DNA of 62,874 nucleotides, filler included, from Choristocarpus tenellus KU-1152 (Eukaryota > Protista > Phaeophyceae), in NCBI GenBank assembly GCA_964200185.2. It is 11 parts of 11 records of this genome, joined end to end, with 100 filler letters (N's around TTAATTAATTAA, not from the genome) between each part and the next. Parts side by side here need not be neighbours in the genome. Positions count along the whole stretch, not along the records: positions 1 to 3,631 come from CAXNAD020018846.1; positions 3,732 to 6,599 come from CAXNAD020024073.1; positions 6,700 to 16,080 come from CAXNAD020003730.1; 8 more parts are not named here. One strand, written 5' to 3'. The position numbers and the translations under genes are program-made. Below the pieces are notes generated by a model that saw only the letters and a list, made by a program, of their open reading frames with translations, did no database searches and was not told the DNA's origin. This document shows, in pieces, positions 1 to 10,835 of this stretch (within the stretch, counting starts at the first letter, position 1; every line of letters begins with the position of its first letter).

Positions 1-546
1 CCCCCCCCCCCCCCCCCCAGATACGTTGAGCCTCCGTCATACTGTAGGTTACAGCACTAATGTGGTCACAACTGGGCTAAAATAAATGCACTATCACAAT
101 AATTCCTTGGAGATACCTTTCGTTGCAAATATAAGAAGAAAAACGTTTGTGCCAATATATGAGCACTGTGCAATGGGCGAACACAAGCTTGAAAGGCAAA
201 CATAATTGAAGAGCTAACTGCACAAGGATGCATGTATCATAGGACAAACAAGAGTTTGAGTAGACCATCTATTGCAGCACCAAAACTTTCTGGAATGCAT
301 CAAGAGAGATTAGTAAAACAATTACATGCATACACCAACTCCTGTGACCTCACTCCAATGTAAAGACCAACCCAGAAAGTGCGCATGGAGAGTTTTGATC
401 GCTACATCACCTTGTCCAGATCAAATGGCTTCAAAACCTTCTGCTTCAACTTCTGCTTCTATCTCTTCTCTCTTGCCACTGTTGATCCTCCTATCAGCAC
501 ACTACGCTTGGCTCTACTTGTCAACCACAACCGTTTTTTTCCGTAC

Positions 547-2921
547 CTGCCCAGGGATCTCGTAATCTGAGTAGGCGTAATTCGAATTGATCAAACACCT
601 CAAGAATGGGGTAGCTTATCCCGCAGGAAAGGCCTCGCATTATAGCATCTGAAGGGGGAAAAAGCCGCTGACCATCCAGTACCGCCCCCGCCATGCTCTT
701 CCTCTTCCCTCCATCACTCTCTGTGTTCTCTGACTCGCCCCATGGGAAGGATCGCCAGGGCTGACGACTACCAGATAAAGGTCATGATTGAGGGATGAAG
801 AATGAAGGAAAAAATGCAAGAGGGGACGGGCATTGCTTTATAGAGCAGGAGTTTCTTTGCAATGATGACGTAGAATTTTATTAGAATTTTGCTGTGATTT
901 GTTCATCAGAAATGTTGATGGAACAGTTGTACTCCTTTTCTCTCCGGTAGCTTTGCTGTTTACCTGCATCTACTGAACAAGTTGACTTTTTCCAATAGCA
1001 GCCTGCTCGCACCACCTGCACTGTTGACCCTCAACACTCTTCTCCTCTGGCTGATTTTTGTGCATAATTACAACAATAGCATATCTTCCGGTGTGCATTG
1101 TTGAGTGAAAGTATCTTAGAGGGTACGAGTTTTGCCCTGTTTGCCCATTTGGGGCTTGGCTTCCCATGGGTTATTTTATGACATTTTTCCACTTCAAAAG
1201 TTTAGGAGTAATTAAAATGTATATGTTATGAAACTTGTGCCCAGAATAAGGATATTGACACTTCCTAACCAACACGATAGCCAAAATAACATCAAAATAG
1301 TAACATTGACTTTTGGCCCCCCAAATGGATGCAGCTCTACCCTCTAAGATACTTTGGCTCTGTTCAATCCTATGAATCACCTCTATACCCCTCCCCCCCT
1401 TAGCAATTGGTGTTTGGGCCGAAGCATGTAAGAGGGTAGGAGTTCACCCCCTGTTTGTCCATTTGGGGCTTGGCTTCTCACAGGCTTTTATGCCCTGTTT
1501 CAGTTTTCTGTGTGAACATTTCGGATTTTGGAGTAGGTAAGAGTCAAAGTATCTTAGAGGGTAGGGCCGCGTCCGTTTGGGGGCCAAAATTCAATGTTGC
1601 GATTTTGATATAGTTTCGGCTATTGTTTTTGTTCGGAAGTGTCAATATCCTTGTTCCGGGACACACCTGTTCATAACATACACATTTTACCTACTCTGAA
1701 ATATTTTGGAGTAGGTAAAATGTCCTAAAAAGCACATGGGAAGTCAAGCACCAAACAGACAAACAGGGCAAAACTCGTACCCTCCAAGAAAATTTCATTC
1801 GAAAATGCACAGAACTATGAAAGGTGTGTCCGGAGCAAGGATATTGACACTTGACAACAAACACGATAGCCAAAATTACATCAAAATCGCAACATTGGAT
1901 TGATGACTCTGAACGGACGCCGCCCTACCCTCTTAAATGCTTTGGCTCGTTTTGCAATTTGAACACAAGGAGTCATCAGAATAGAGACATTAGAAGTCTT
2001 CACCACTTACCCATTATTCACCTACAACTAGAAGTAGTTTCCAGTCATAAAAGCTAAAGAGGAAAATTGTCAAGGCTATTCTTCTTCAAATCCATGCATT
2101 TCGATGCAGGTTATTGTAGGTATCTGATGCTTTTCACACTACTAAAGTAGTAGTTCTTTTGCAATAGAGCCCACGAATTGCCTGCCAAACCAACAAACTC
2201 TGTATTCTCAAATAAAGAGTTTAGAAGTGAATGAGTATTGCATGAACCTCATCAAATGATGTCAGCATGTTGTTACCATTACTATATCGATATAGACCTC
2301 TCCCCCACCGAATGCAATAAAATTTCCAGTCACAACAGCTTGCAAGGGCTCAACTCAACCCGTTTACTACTGTACCAAAGAGAGAAGCAAAAACCTCAGG
2401 CATAAAAGGAGTGCCTAGCCTTCCATTTCTATTCATTCCCCAACCCTTGAGTCTGCACTCGCCATTTGGGGGTGCAAAACTTTCAGGCAGCAGCAACACG
2501 TTATTATTGTTTACAGTTGCCCATCCCATCATAGCACTCCATAGCGCATCACTTCAGTTTGCACTGTATCAGGCACCCCACAATAAAGGTTAATAAGGGT
2601 AGGACCCTGCTCAGTATAGCCATGTTTGACCGACGATTATACACTTTTTCACTAACTCACGAACACAAAGACACCTCTCCCTACCCTATCACTGACTAAT
2701 TTTGCACTGCACACCTGCACCCTGCCATCTCACTCCGTGCCAGCCTCCGTTTCACTTCATCAAAGAGCCAAGTTAGAGGATACTGCCCTCCTCCTCTCTC
2801 AACACCTTCTCCCGCCAGTTTCATTGTTCTCTTTGCCCCCGGTTTCTCCTGCTCCTGCAAGACCCACTGCAGCTTGGTTACGCTGCCTCCCGTGAGATCT
2901 CGAAGGGCGTCCCGGATATCG
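547..2921 (-). CDS. Calpain-like (CysPc domain) protein, two internal exons of a partial gene; catalytic His/Asn replaced
   Basis: Exons 2921-2715 (ccag| ... |gtgtgc) and 767-547 (pyrimidine tract + tag| ... |gtacgg) join in phase 2 to give DIRDALRDLTGGSVTKLQW...WLFDEVKRRLARSEMAGCSRQPW...AIMRGLSCGISYPILEVFDQFELRLLRLRDPWA. This matches the calpain motifs EDFTGG, GSLLGCS, GLxxGHAY and LIRLRNPWG in the correct order. Flanking exons were not found on this contig. Confidence 0.75.
1103..1360. mobile_element. MITE family A (~258 bp), complete copy
   Basis: TIR GAGTGAAAGTATCTTAGAGGGTA ... TACCCTCTAAGATACTTTGGCTC; perfect 4-bp TSD TGTT (1099-1102 and 1361-1364); same internal sequence as copies at 1541, 5699, 6409, 7062, 29379 and 35619. 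Confidence 0.9.
1416..1948. mobile_element. MITE family A copy (1416-1540 + 1801-1948) with a second family A copy (1541-1800) nested in opposite orientation
   Basis: The outer copy has TSD GTTT on both sides, and its two halves are colinear with the 1103-1360 copy. The inner copy starts GAGTCAAAGTATCTTAGAGGGTA and is flanked by GTAA/GAAA. Confidence 0.85.
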
Positions 2922-3078
2922 CTGGTGGGATGTAGGCATCGGTTGTTCGCGTTTGTTGATTTGAGGGGCATGTAGGTGCAGTAGTAGAGTATCTATTGTG
3001 TTGTGGGTTGTGTGTACACACTGGTTTTTTAATGTGATACGAGGAAGCAGCCATAACCCTAACAAGCACCCTCTCTCT

Positions 3079-3342
3079 CAGTCAAAGTAAACGGGAGGTA
3101 TCCCATAGTTGCAATTTAAGGATGCCGACAGATGTCCATTATTCAATTTCTTGTGCAATGCATACAGGGACGTTTTATGAATTTTGCAGGGAATTTTCAA
3201 ACAAATGAGAAATCAACACTCTCAAGTCAATCTTAGCATTCCATCCATTAAAATATGGGAGGGTTGCAAAAAGATAAAAATATGTGACATAATATCCCAA
3301 ACTGCCAAAACCAGGTACTGTACTTCTCGTATACTTTGACTC
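3079..3342. mobile_element. MITE family B (~260 bp)
   Basis: Ends CAGTCAAAGTAAACGGGAGGTA ... TACTTCTCGTATACTTTGACTC; related termini at 3974, 39550-39810 and 51175-51362. Confidence 0.7.
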
Positions 3343-3455
3343 ATTACAATCTTGCACATTTTATTAACCCCACCACACGACCTCTATTTTGTTCCTTATC
3401 CATCATTAGCCCCAGCGCTTCCCAAACTGTGGTCAGAGAAACTACACATGACCCT

Positions 3456-3631
3456 AACCCAAAGTATCTGGGGGGGGAGGGGGTCTACACCAGGGTGTCC
3501 ATTTGGGTCATAACCAGGAAATGTGCAGTTACATTATCCATCCGATGTACGCAACCAAATCACACAAAAATCGCAACATGGACAAAATTGGCCCCAAGTG
3601 AATAGCCGCCACCCCCCCCCCCCCCCCCCCC
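3456..3631. mobile_element. MITE family C (poly-G/poly-C subterminal tracts), truncated at contig end
   Basis: ACCCAAAGTATCTGGGGGGG...GTGTCCATTTGGGTCA...TACATTATCCATCCGA...CAACCAAATCAC, same as 5022-5303 and 22318-22490. Confidence 0.8.
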
Positions 3632-3731
3632 NNNNNNNNNNNNNNNNNNNNNNNNNNNNNNNNNNNNNNNNNNNNTTAATTAATTAANNNNNNNNNNNNN
3701 NNNNNNNNNNNNNNNNNNNNNNNNNNNNNNN
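3632..3731. other. Artificial contig-joining spacer (N44-TTAATTAATTAA-N44); identical spacers at 6600-6699, 16081-16180, 22194-22293, 25939-26038, 35050-35149, 42374-42473, 48753-48852, 51907-52006 and 55512-55611
   Basis: Ten identical 100-nt blocks; the palindromic core places stop codons in all six frames. Confidence 0.97.
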
Positions 3732-4756
3732 CCGTATCTTCATTCTTATATTGTTTCTTCTACAGAATCTTCTTTTACACATGAATAAAAAGCATATTCT
3801 TAACACTTTCCCTCTGTATGAACTTCGGAACTTCAAACTCCGTCGATGTCAAACTTCTCTTTATACAAATCTAATTTTGATCACCCAGAGTCCATCTTGC
3901 AAGCACTAGAGGAGTTCAAAAAATCCACTTCGAAGGTGTTGAAATTAAAAACTTCGTGGTGAGAATGCTTTTTGAGTCAAAGTAAACAAGAGTTGTGTTT
4001 CTTAGGGATGCCAACAAATAAAATAGTAGTATAACATAGGGAAAACTCTTCTTTTTTTGCATAAATGCATGTAGGGCATTTTCCCAATTGTGTCGAAAAT
4101 TTCCAAAAAAAAAAAATTAACTCTCTAAAGTGAAACTTAGCATTTCATCCTTAGAAATGCGGGTGAATTGCAAAAGATTGGAAGATTGACTTACAATGCA
4201 AGACAACTCAAAACTGGATACCCCTCGTGTTTGCTTTGGGTCTTTGTGCCTCGGCTGCCGCATTTCAAAATATTTCAAGTTGTACATGGAAACATTGAAT
4301 CTCCAGCGCTGCATGTTGAGAAAATTAGTGCAGTCATAGATGTTGTGAGTGATTGTTGCTCTACCGTGTCATGATAATGTTCTCATGCCATCTCTTGCAG
4401 GGAATCTGCTAAAAATTTCCATGTCGGAGTGGATTAGACAGCTCACTCCATTTTTTTCTACTACATTGAAAGGACGAGGGAGGTACTTTCCGCATTTAGA
4501 GCTTCTTAGGAGGGTTAGTCTTAGGGCTAGGGTTATAGGGTTAGGAGTCCACATAGTCTGTCCCGTTCATAAAAAAAAATGCTGTGAATAATCTAATCCA
4601 TTCTGAGGATAAAATTTCACGGGTTCCCAATTATCATTCCCCGAAGGGGGCCCTAATAATCAATCTTTTCGGCACCTCTCACATACGTACGATGAAAGTC
4701 AAAGTAATACCTATCCGTCCACCCACCTATCCGTCCGTCTGTCCGTCTATGCATTC

Positions 4757-4925
4757 CCAGTACCAGCTCTCTCATGTACATCCAGTACAAACCACGTAAA
4801 TGTTACCAGTACCATCTCTCTCATGTACATCCAGTACAAACCAAGTAAATGTTACCATTGCTGGCTCTCTCATGTACATCTAGTACAAACCAAGTAAATG
4901 TTACCAGTGCTGGCTCTCTCATGTC
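4757..4925. repeat. 49-bp tandem repeat (~3.4 units), with degenerate related units at ~5485-5690 and ~6225-6405
   Basis: Unit CCAGTACCAGCTCTCTCATGTACATCCAGTACAAACCACGTAAATGTTA starts at 4757, 4806, 4855 and (partial) 4904. Confidence 0.85.
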
Positions 4926-5021
4926 CGTACCATCTAACAACAAGCAATTCCTGTCCATCCATCCGTCCATGTCTAAATGTTACCAGCACCAGCTTTCATC
5001 CTCACGCATAGGATCATTTGT

Positions 5022-5118
5022 GACCCAAAGTATCTGGGAGGGGGGGGGGGGGGGGGGTTACCCGAATGGGGGGTGCCTTTTAAAACAAAAAAAGGAAAAG
5101 GGATTNNNNNNNNNNGAT

Positions 5119-5152
<34 letters not shown>

Positions 5153-5303
5153 CTACACTGAATGGGGTGTCCATTTAAGCCAAAATCAGGAAAAGTGCAT
5201 TTACATTATCCATCCGACGTATGCAACCAAATCACCCAAAGATCGTGACATGAAAAAAATGACCCAATTGGACAGCCACCCCCCCCCCCAGATACTTTGA
5301 GCC
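5022..5303. mobile_element. MITE family C copy containing a 10-N gap
   Basis: GACCCAAAGTATCTGGG ... CCCCAGATACTTTGAGCC; flanks TTGT/CTGT. Confidence 0.8.
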
Positions 5304-5698
5304 CTGTGCGTTCGCACATAATTGTAATGAAAAGTCCTTGAAAAATAGATAACTCCACAGCACCAACTCTTTCCCTCCCTCTCAAGTACCGTATAAAACC
5401 AAGAAATTCCTACCTAACCAACCGTACCGGCTCTAAAGAGCTGTTTTTCCTCCGACAACCTACACTTTATCATCCTATTTCACGTAGTTACCAGCACCAG
5501 CTCTCGTCCTTGCACGTAGGCGTGCTCGCGCATGTTTTTTGTTTTTAATCCTCAAACGGAAAAAAATCTTACCAGTACCAGCCCTATACACTTGCCTTTT
5601 CATCTCTCACCTGCATATCATGTACAACCAAGTAATTCCTGTCCGTCCATCTGTCTGATTGTCTATACGTGTCAGCACCGGCTCTATAGACCTATTCC

Positions 5699-5956
5699 GA
5701 GCCAAAGTATCTTAAAGGGTAGAGTCGCGTCTATTTGGGGACCAAAATCCAATGTTGCGATTTCGATGTAATTCTGGCTATCCTGTTTGTTAGGAAGTCT
5801 CAATATCCTTGTTCCGGACATATCTTTTCATAACCTGTACATTTTACCTACTCCAAAACACTTTGGAGTAGGAAAATGTTATAAAAACCCCGATGGAAGC
5901 CAAGCCCCAAATGGACAAACAGGTCAGAACGGGTACCCTCTGGGATACTTTCGATC
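5699..5956. mobile_element. MITE family A copy
   Basis: GAGCCAAAGTATCTTAAAGGGTA ... TACCCTCTGGGATACTTTCGATC; flanks TTCC/TTCG. Confidence 0.85.
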
Positions 5957-6408
5957 TTCGCTCTTTCTCAGTTGTTCGAAGTTTGAATCCTATTATAGAA
6001 TAGCATGATCTAAGACATGTGTAGGTAAGATTTCAGTGTAACACTTTGACTTCAGCATTAGCTCCCTCATGTGCAAAGATGCAATGAGTTGCAACATATT
6101 CCCTCCTCCCTCCTATCCCATGTCCCCTGCCTTAGACGGGAAAACTTTGAGGGGGCCAGCCCCTTTGAGAGGGGCTTATTTATTCCCCGATAGGATCCCT
6201 TACAATCTGTTGGGTCCTTCTCATCATGTATGCAACATGTAAAACCTACCAATTCCTGTCCATCCTTATCTATTTGTCTGCTTGTCTGTATGTTGCCAGC
6301 ACCAGCTCTCTTGCATAACCAAGGAAATATTACCAGTAACAACTCTCTCATATATGTACCTAATAAAACCAGTAATCCCTGTGCGTCCATCCATAATCTG
6401 TGTCTGTA

Positions 6409-6599
6409 GAGCCAAAGTATCTGAGAGGGTAGAGCCACGTCCATTTGGGGGTCAAAATCCAATTTTCCGATTTTGATGTAATTTTGACTATCGTGTTTGT
6501 TAGGAAGTGTCAATATCCTTGTTCCGCACACACCTTTTCATAACGTATAAATTTGACCTACTCCGAAACATATCGGAATAGAAAAATGTCATAAAACAC
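6409..6599. mobile_element. MITE family A copy truncated by contig end
   Basis: GAGCCAAAGTATCTGAGAGGGTA followed by the family A internal sequence. Confidence 0.85.
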
Positions 6600-7061
6600 N
6601 NNNNNNNNNNNNNNNNNNNNNNNNNNNNNNNNNNNNNNNNNNNTTAATTAATTAANNNNNNNNNNNNNNNNNNNNNNNNNNNNNNNNNNNNNNNNNNNNC
6701 TACTGTCTACCAGTTGGTAACATGTTCTCTGACAGCCAAATTTTTACCACCTTTTGCTGTTCCAACAAGTGTATTATCTCAACGCTTGGGGGGGGGGGGA
6801 ACGGCATTAATGAAACAAAAATCTGCGCGTGCTCTGCATATTTTGAACCTCGCCTCTACCTTCACCATCATACTGGAGATGGTTTAGTCAGTCCATATTG
6901 GAGCCATTCCTAGGTCACTATCTACTAACGAAGGTCTCACTACACTAAAACAAAGACTGAACAGCCACTCTGTCCTACTAGTAGATGGTAGCAATTGAAT
7001 CACTACGACTGTAGAAACCAAAAAACAGCTACATCCAAATCCACGTCATGGAGCATCTTCC

Positions 7062-7321
7062 AAGTCAAAGTATCTTAAGGGGTAAAGCCGCGTCCGTTTG
7101 GGGGCCAAAATCCAATGTTGCGATTTTTATGTAATTTTGGCTATCGTGTTTGTTAGGAAGTGTCAATATTCACCTTCCGGACACATCTTTTCATAACCAA
7201 TACATTGTACCTACTCCGAAACATTTTGGAGTAGGAAAATGTCATAAAAAATATATATGGGAAGCCAAGCCCCAAATGGACAAGCAGAGCAAAACTCGTA
7301 CCCTCTAAGATACTTTCACTC
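7062..7321. mobile_element. MITE family A copy
   Basis: AAGTCAAAGTATCTTAAGGGGTA ... TACCCTCTAAGATACTTTCACTC; perfect TSD TTCC. Confidence 0.9.
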
Positions 7322-8935
7322 TTCCCCCTCATGTCGCCCCGTAGTGCTATGAGCACCGGATACACAAATTTATACAAATCAAGCCCATAGAATTTTGTCG
7401 AGGTGGCTCAATTCCTCTCACCAAAACGTTCCATTCACAGCATCATTAATGGACTGATCTTCATCCAAGGGCAAGCAAGGGTCATTGCACACTTGGACCT
7501 GCAGCATAATAATATTAATAATAATAATTACAAAGAAAGTGGAGATTCAATAGAGAGGACTAATCCCACCCCATTCTATCATTACACTGAAACCCTCTGT
7601 GTAACATATAGGGGTGAGAGGTGGAAAAGATCTCAAAAGAAGTTGTCTCTTCTTTCGGAGGAGATTGGATACTAGACAAAATTAATGCAAGGTGTCAGAA
7701 AAAAAGGAATGAGGTCCTTTCATTGGTGAAACCTATCCAGACGCAGTGCTCCTCAAAATAGCCTACTAGGCATTCTGACCTCACTTGTGACCTCATTTGA
7801 GTGAGATAGCATGCAAGTATGTACATGAACGATACTGGGATACAGACAAGCATCGGTTGTAAGAGTGTATTCAGGATAGCCTGACACCTCGATAAAAACA
7901 CAAAACTGTTCTTCTCTTACATCACTTTCCACATATACTGCTCCTCCTCTTCATAGAGATTGGTGATTGTTTCATGTCTTCAGTTGAAAACCATTCAAAG
8001 AGCCATCACAATTGTGGATGCCTCTTTCCCTTGCCTCCAAACCACACAAACTTCACAAAAACAAATGACTCCTTGAGAACCAGCCTTGATAGCCAGGGGT
8101 AAGGCTCCAATATTCCTACCACCTGCTCTTGTTGTAGCGAGGGCAGTTGGAATTGCAAAAAAATAATAGGCAGGGTGCGACCAGAGTAGTACGCTCCTCC
8201 TCAAAGGTACATGAGGTATAGAAATCGGGACACTTGGAGGTGGAGTTAGGAATTTGACTAAAACTAACCCTAATTCTTGGTGCTTGTGGCGATAGAGATA
8301 AGTATAAGTACGTTTTCAAACACATACTATGATACACGAATCCATTAGAATAAAAGGTGGTAAATCAACATCACCCTCTATGCCTTGTTGTAAGGATTCA
8401 CATTCATCCTGCTGATTCTGCTCTAGAGCTGCAGGGTAGACAAGATCGCCCAGTGCCTACAGTCCAACTCTTATTTGTGAAACCTTCCAGGAAATAGGCA
8501 CAGAGACCTGGACAAGAGTACTCACATGTAAGGCACCATCTGTGACGCCGGAAATATTCTATTGCCAAGCCCAAAATTTCGACAGCACATTGGTTGCTGT
8601 GGGAAGTGTTCGCCCAAGGTAATTTACACCATTCAATTCAACAATAAGGACTTATCACTCCTACTCGATTACCACTCGTTGAATCGGTGCGATAGGTTCT
8701 GCTGAAAACATTCTACCATCGATATCGTCATAGTTGAGTCATAAACTCTACTATTATCTATATAGTGTGTAGCGGCTACTGGGAATCATTCTACCCAGGC
8801 AGACATATATGGTCAAACAATTATTGGGTCCAATGTTCAATTGACTTAGAATAAAACTCGTGATAGCTGGTCCTTGATCAAAGCAAGCCTCCATCGAACA
8901 TGAACGGCATTCCAGCAACATAGATCCTTGCCCAC

Positions 8936-9550
8936 CTCAACACCAACGAAGTTCTGACCAGGATGACCAGCAGCCATCCCAAGAATGCTCTCCCCCCCAC
9001 CGAAGCCAATATCCATCACCACTGGGCATGGGCGCCCAAATATTTCCTGCAAGTTCCACCTGACAGAACACCACATTGTATTTTTTCTCCCACTGATAAA
9101 TCCAGGGGTTATAGAAGCCTGAACACAGTAGGTGTGTGCAGTTCGATGGAATAGTTAAGGCAGGAGGCACATTTTTTGTAGGAACGATGCATTACATCAT
9201 CCGGCTCTGAGCTTTGAGGAATACCTTTTTCGTCTTTTAACCTAAGGGTACCTTCGGGAATGATCAGGATTTAGACCCAGGTGCGGCCACAGCTCCCTCA
9301 GTGCTCGTCGCTGCCCAGGGGTGACCGGAGCCTGTCTACGCCGAAAAGACCTATTCCGTTTTGCAGCCTTGCGCTCATGGCGGGAAGGCACGAGGGGAGA
9401 CCCCAGGATATTGACATAAACAGATCGAGCAGGGTTGGGGTTTACGGGAGTCCATGTTGTCACTCTATGGTAACAGTTCACTGGAGAAGCAATACGAGTA
9501 CAGACAAAACTAGAATATGTGGAAATGTCTGGTGTGATCCATGTTCTCAT
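8936..9550 (-). CDS. trmB: tRNA (guanine-N7)-methyltransferase, bacterial TrmB type; first two exons, 3' exons not identified
   Basis: Exon 1 9550-9252 (ATG ... AG|gtaccc) and exon 2 9059-8936 (tgtcag| ... GAG|gtgggc) give ...RNRSFRRRQAPVTPGQRRALRELWPHLGL...WNLQEIFGRPCPVVMDIGFGGGESILGMAAGHPGQNFVGVE. This closely parallels proteobacterial TrmB (RSFVRRQGRLTKGQ..AL...WP...FGREAPVTLEIGFGMG.SL..MA...PEQDFLGIE). Confidence 0.85.
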
Positions 9551-10835
9551 GGTATCAGAATCTCGTACAATCTTGGAAAGTTTTGAAGGATTGGGATATG
9601 TGTGGTGTGTAGAGGGTTGTATGGAGAATGGATAGTGATGAAATTATGAAAAAAATCTTTCCTCCACCGTACTCTACTTTATCTGTTTTTGTCGATTAGA
9701 ACGTTTTTAATAGAAAGAGAAAGCGAAAAGCGGAAGGATTTTAGAATTTAGACACTTTATAGTGGAGAAAGTAAAGGGTTTGAATTAGTGTTTTTGTTTG
9801 ATATGTGGTATATTTTAACTTAAGAAATACGTTTGATGGTATCTTAATATACTCTACCATTCGCGATAAGTTAATAGAAATATAGCACTGAAGTGATTGG
9901 TGATTTCCAAAATGGAAAATGTAGTGTAATGTCTATAATATTTTATGGAACATCTGGAAAATGTGAGAGGGGATAATGTATATTTTTTATGTATTGTACA
10001 GAGATTGGCTCTAAAAGACCTCTTGTTTAAATAATCCATGTTTATAGATGTGACCAAATTCTAGAGATTTAGAGATGTAGAGTTCAATTGAAGAAATGAA
10101 CTGTACGACGAAGGAAGTTGCTTTGTCAATTTTTTTTGATGTGGTACAAGTGTTACTTTTTTAGATGTTCTTATGATATTGAATTAGTTTTCATTGGTTT
10201 CCCCCTGACACACCTGACACATCTGCAAAATGTCAGAGGGCATAATAATACAATATTGAATTGACTTTTTCGTTGATGTATCTACAAAATGTCAAAGGGT
10301 ATAATAATATATATAATAATATATATATATATATATGGCTAGAAATGAGTGAACGTGGTAGGTCGTGACGTTGTGGGTGTGTAACAACATCAACTAAGAA
10401 CATCATTACAACAAACTTTCGGTGGGTTTTCAAGTTGGTGTTCGAGAATATATTACAAATATATTGGTTCCTATCATTTCTTTAACCGTTTCGTATAATT
10501 GAAGTGGTTAATGACTATACTGTTTACAGACCCTGTCCTTTGTCCCCAGTTCCCACTGGATTTTGTTGATTTGTTGTTTACGACACTTTTTTTTTGTGAT
10601 TACACTACTTGCACCCCTGCACTACCAACCTTTCCTTAGAATTCTAATATATAGACTGAAGACCTCGCTCATACAGACACCTGTCATTCACTGGACTAGA
10701 TCAGTCCAGTGTACTCGAGTAGAGTGTCTGTATATAGAGTCCTTCTGCTCAGTTGGTGGGTTCACTTTTTCCTCTTTTTGACGGGCTCCTTCCTCAAGTT
10801 GGCAAGGGTCCCTGAGGGGAAATAAAGCCGGCAAA

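Noticed and set aside
330-410. Possible next calpain exon (…AHFLGWSLHWSEVTGV)
   Set aside because: It vaguely resembles the calpain GAWSD motif, but the required acceptor lacks a pyrimidine tract.
3676-3687. TTAATTAATTAA palindrome recurring ten times
   Set aside because: It is always centred in an identical 100-nt N spacer, so it is an assembly linker and not a biological motif, CRISPR repeat or TTAA target site.
4510-4546. TTAGGG-like runs (also ~52551-52568)
   Set aside because: Only 2-4 degenerate units, too short to call telomeric sequence.
4757-4925. Regularly spaced repeats as a possible CRISPR array
   Set aside because: The units are head-to-tail with no unique spacers, the context is eukaryotic, and there are no cas genes.
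6067-6531. 154-aa minus-strand ORF
   Set aside because: It is largely a chance translation of MITE family A and adjacent repeat sequence.
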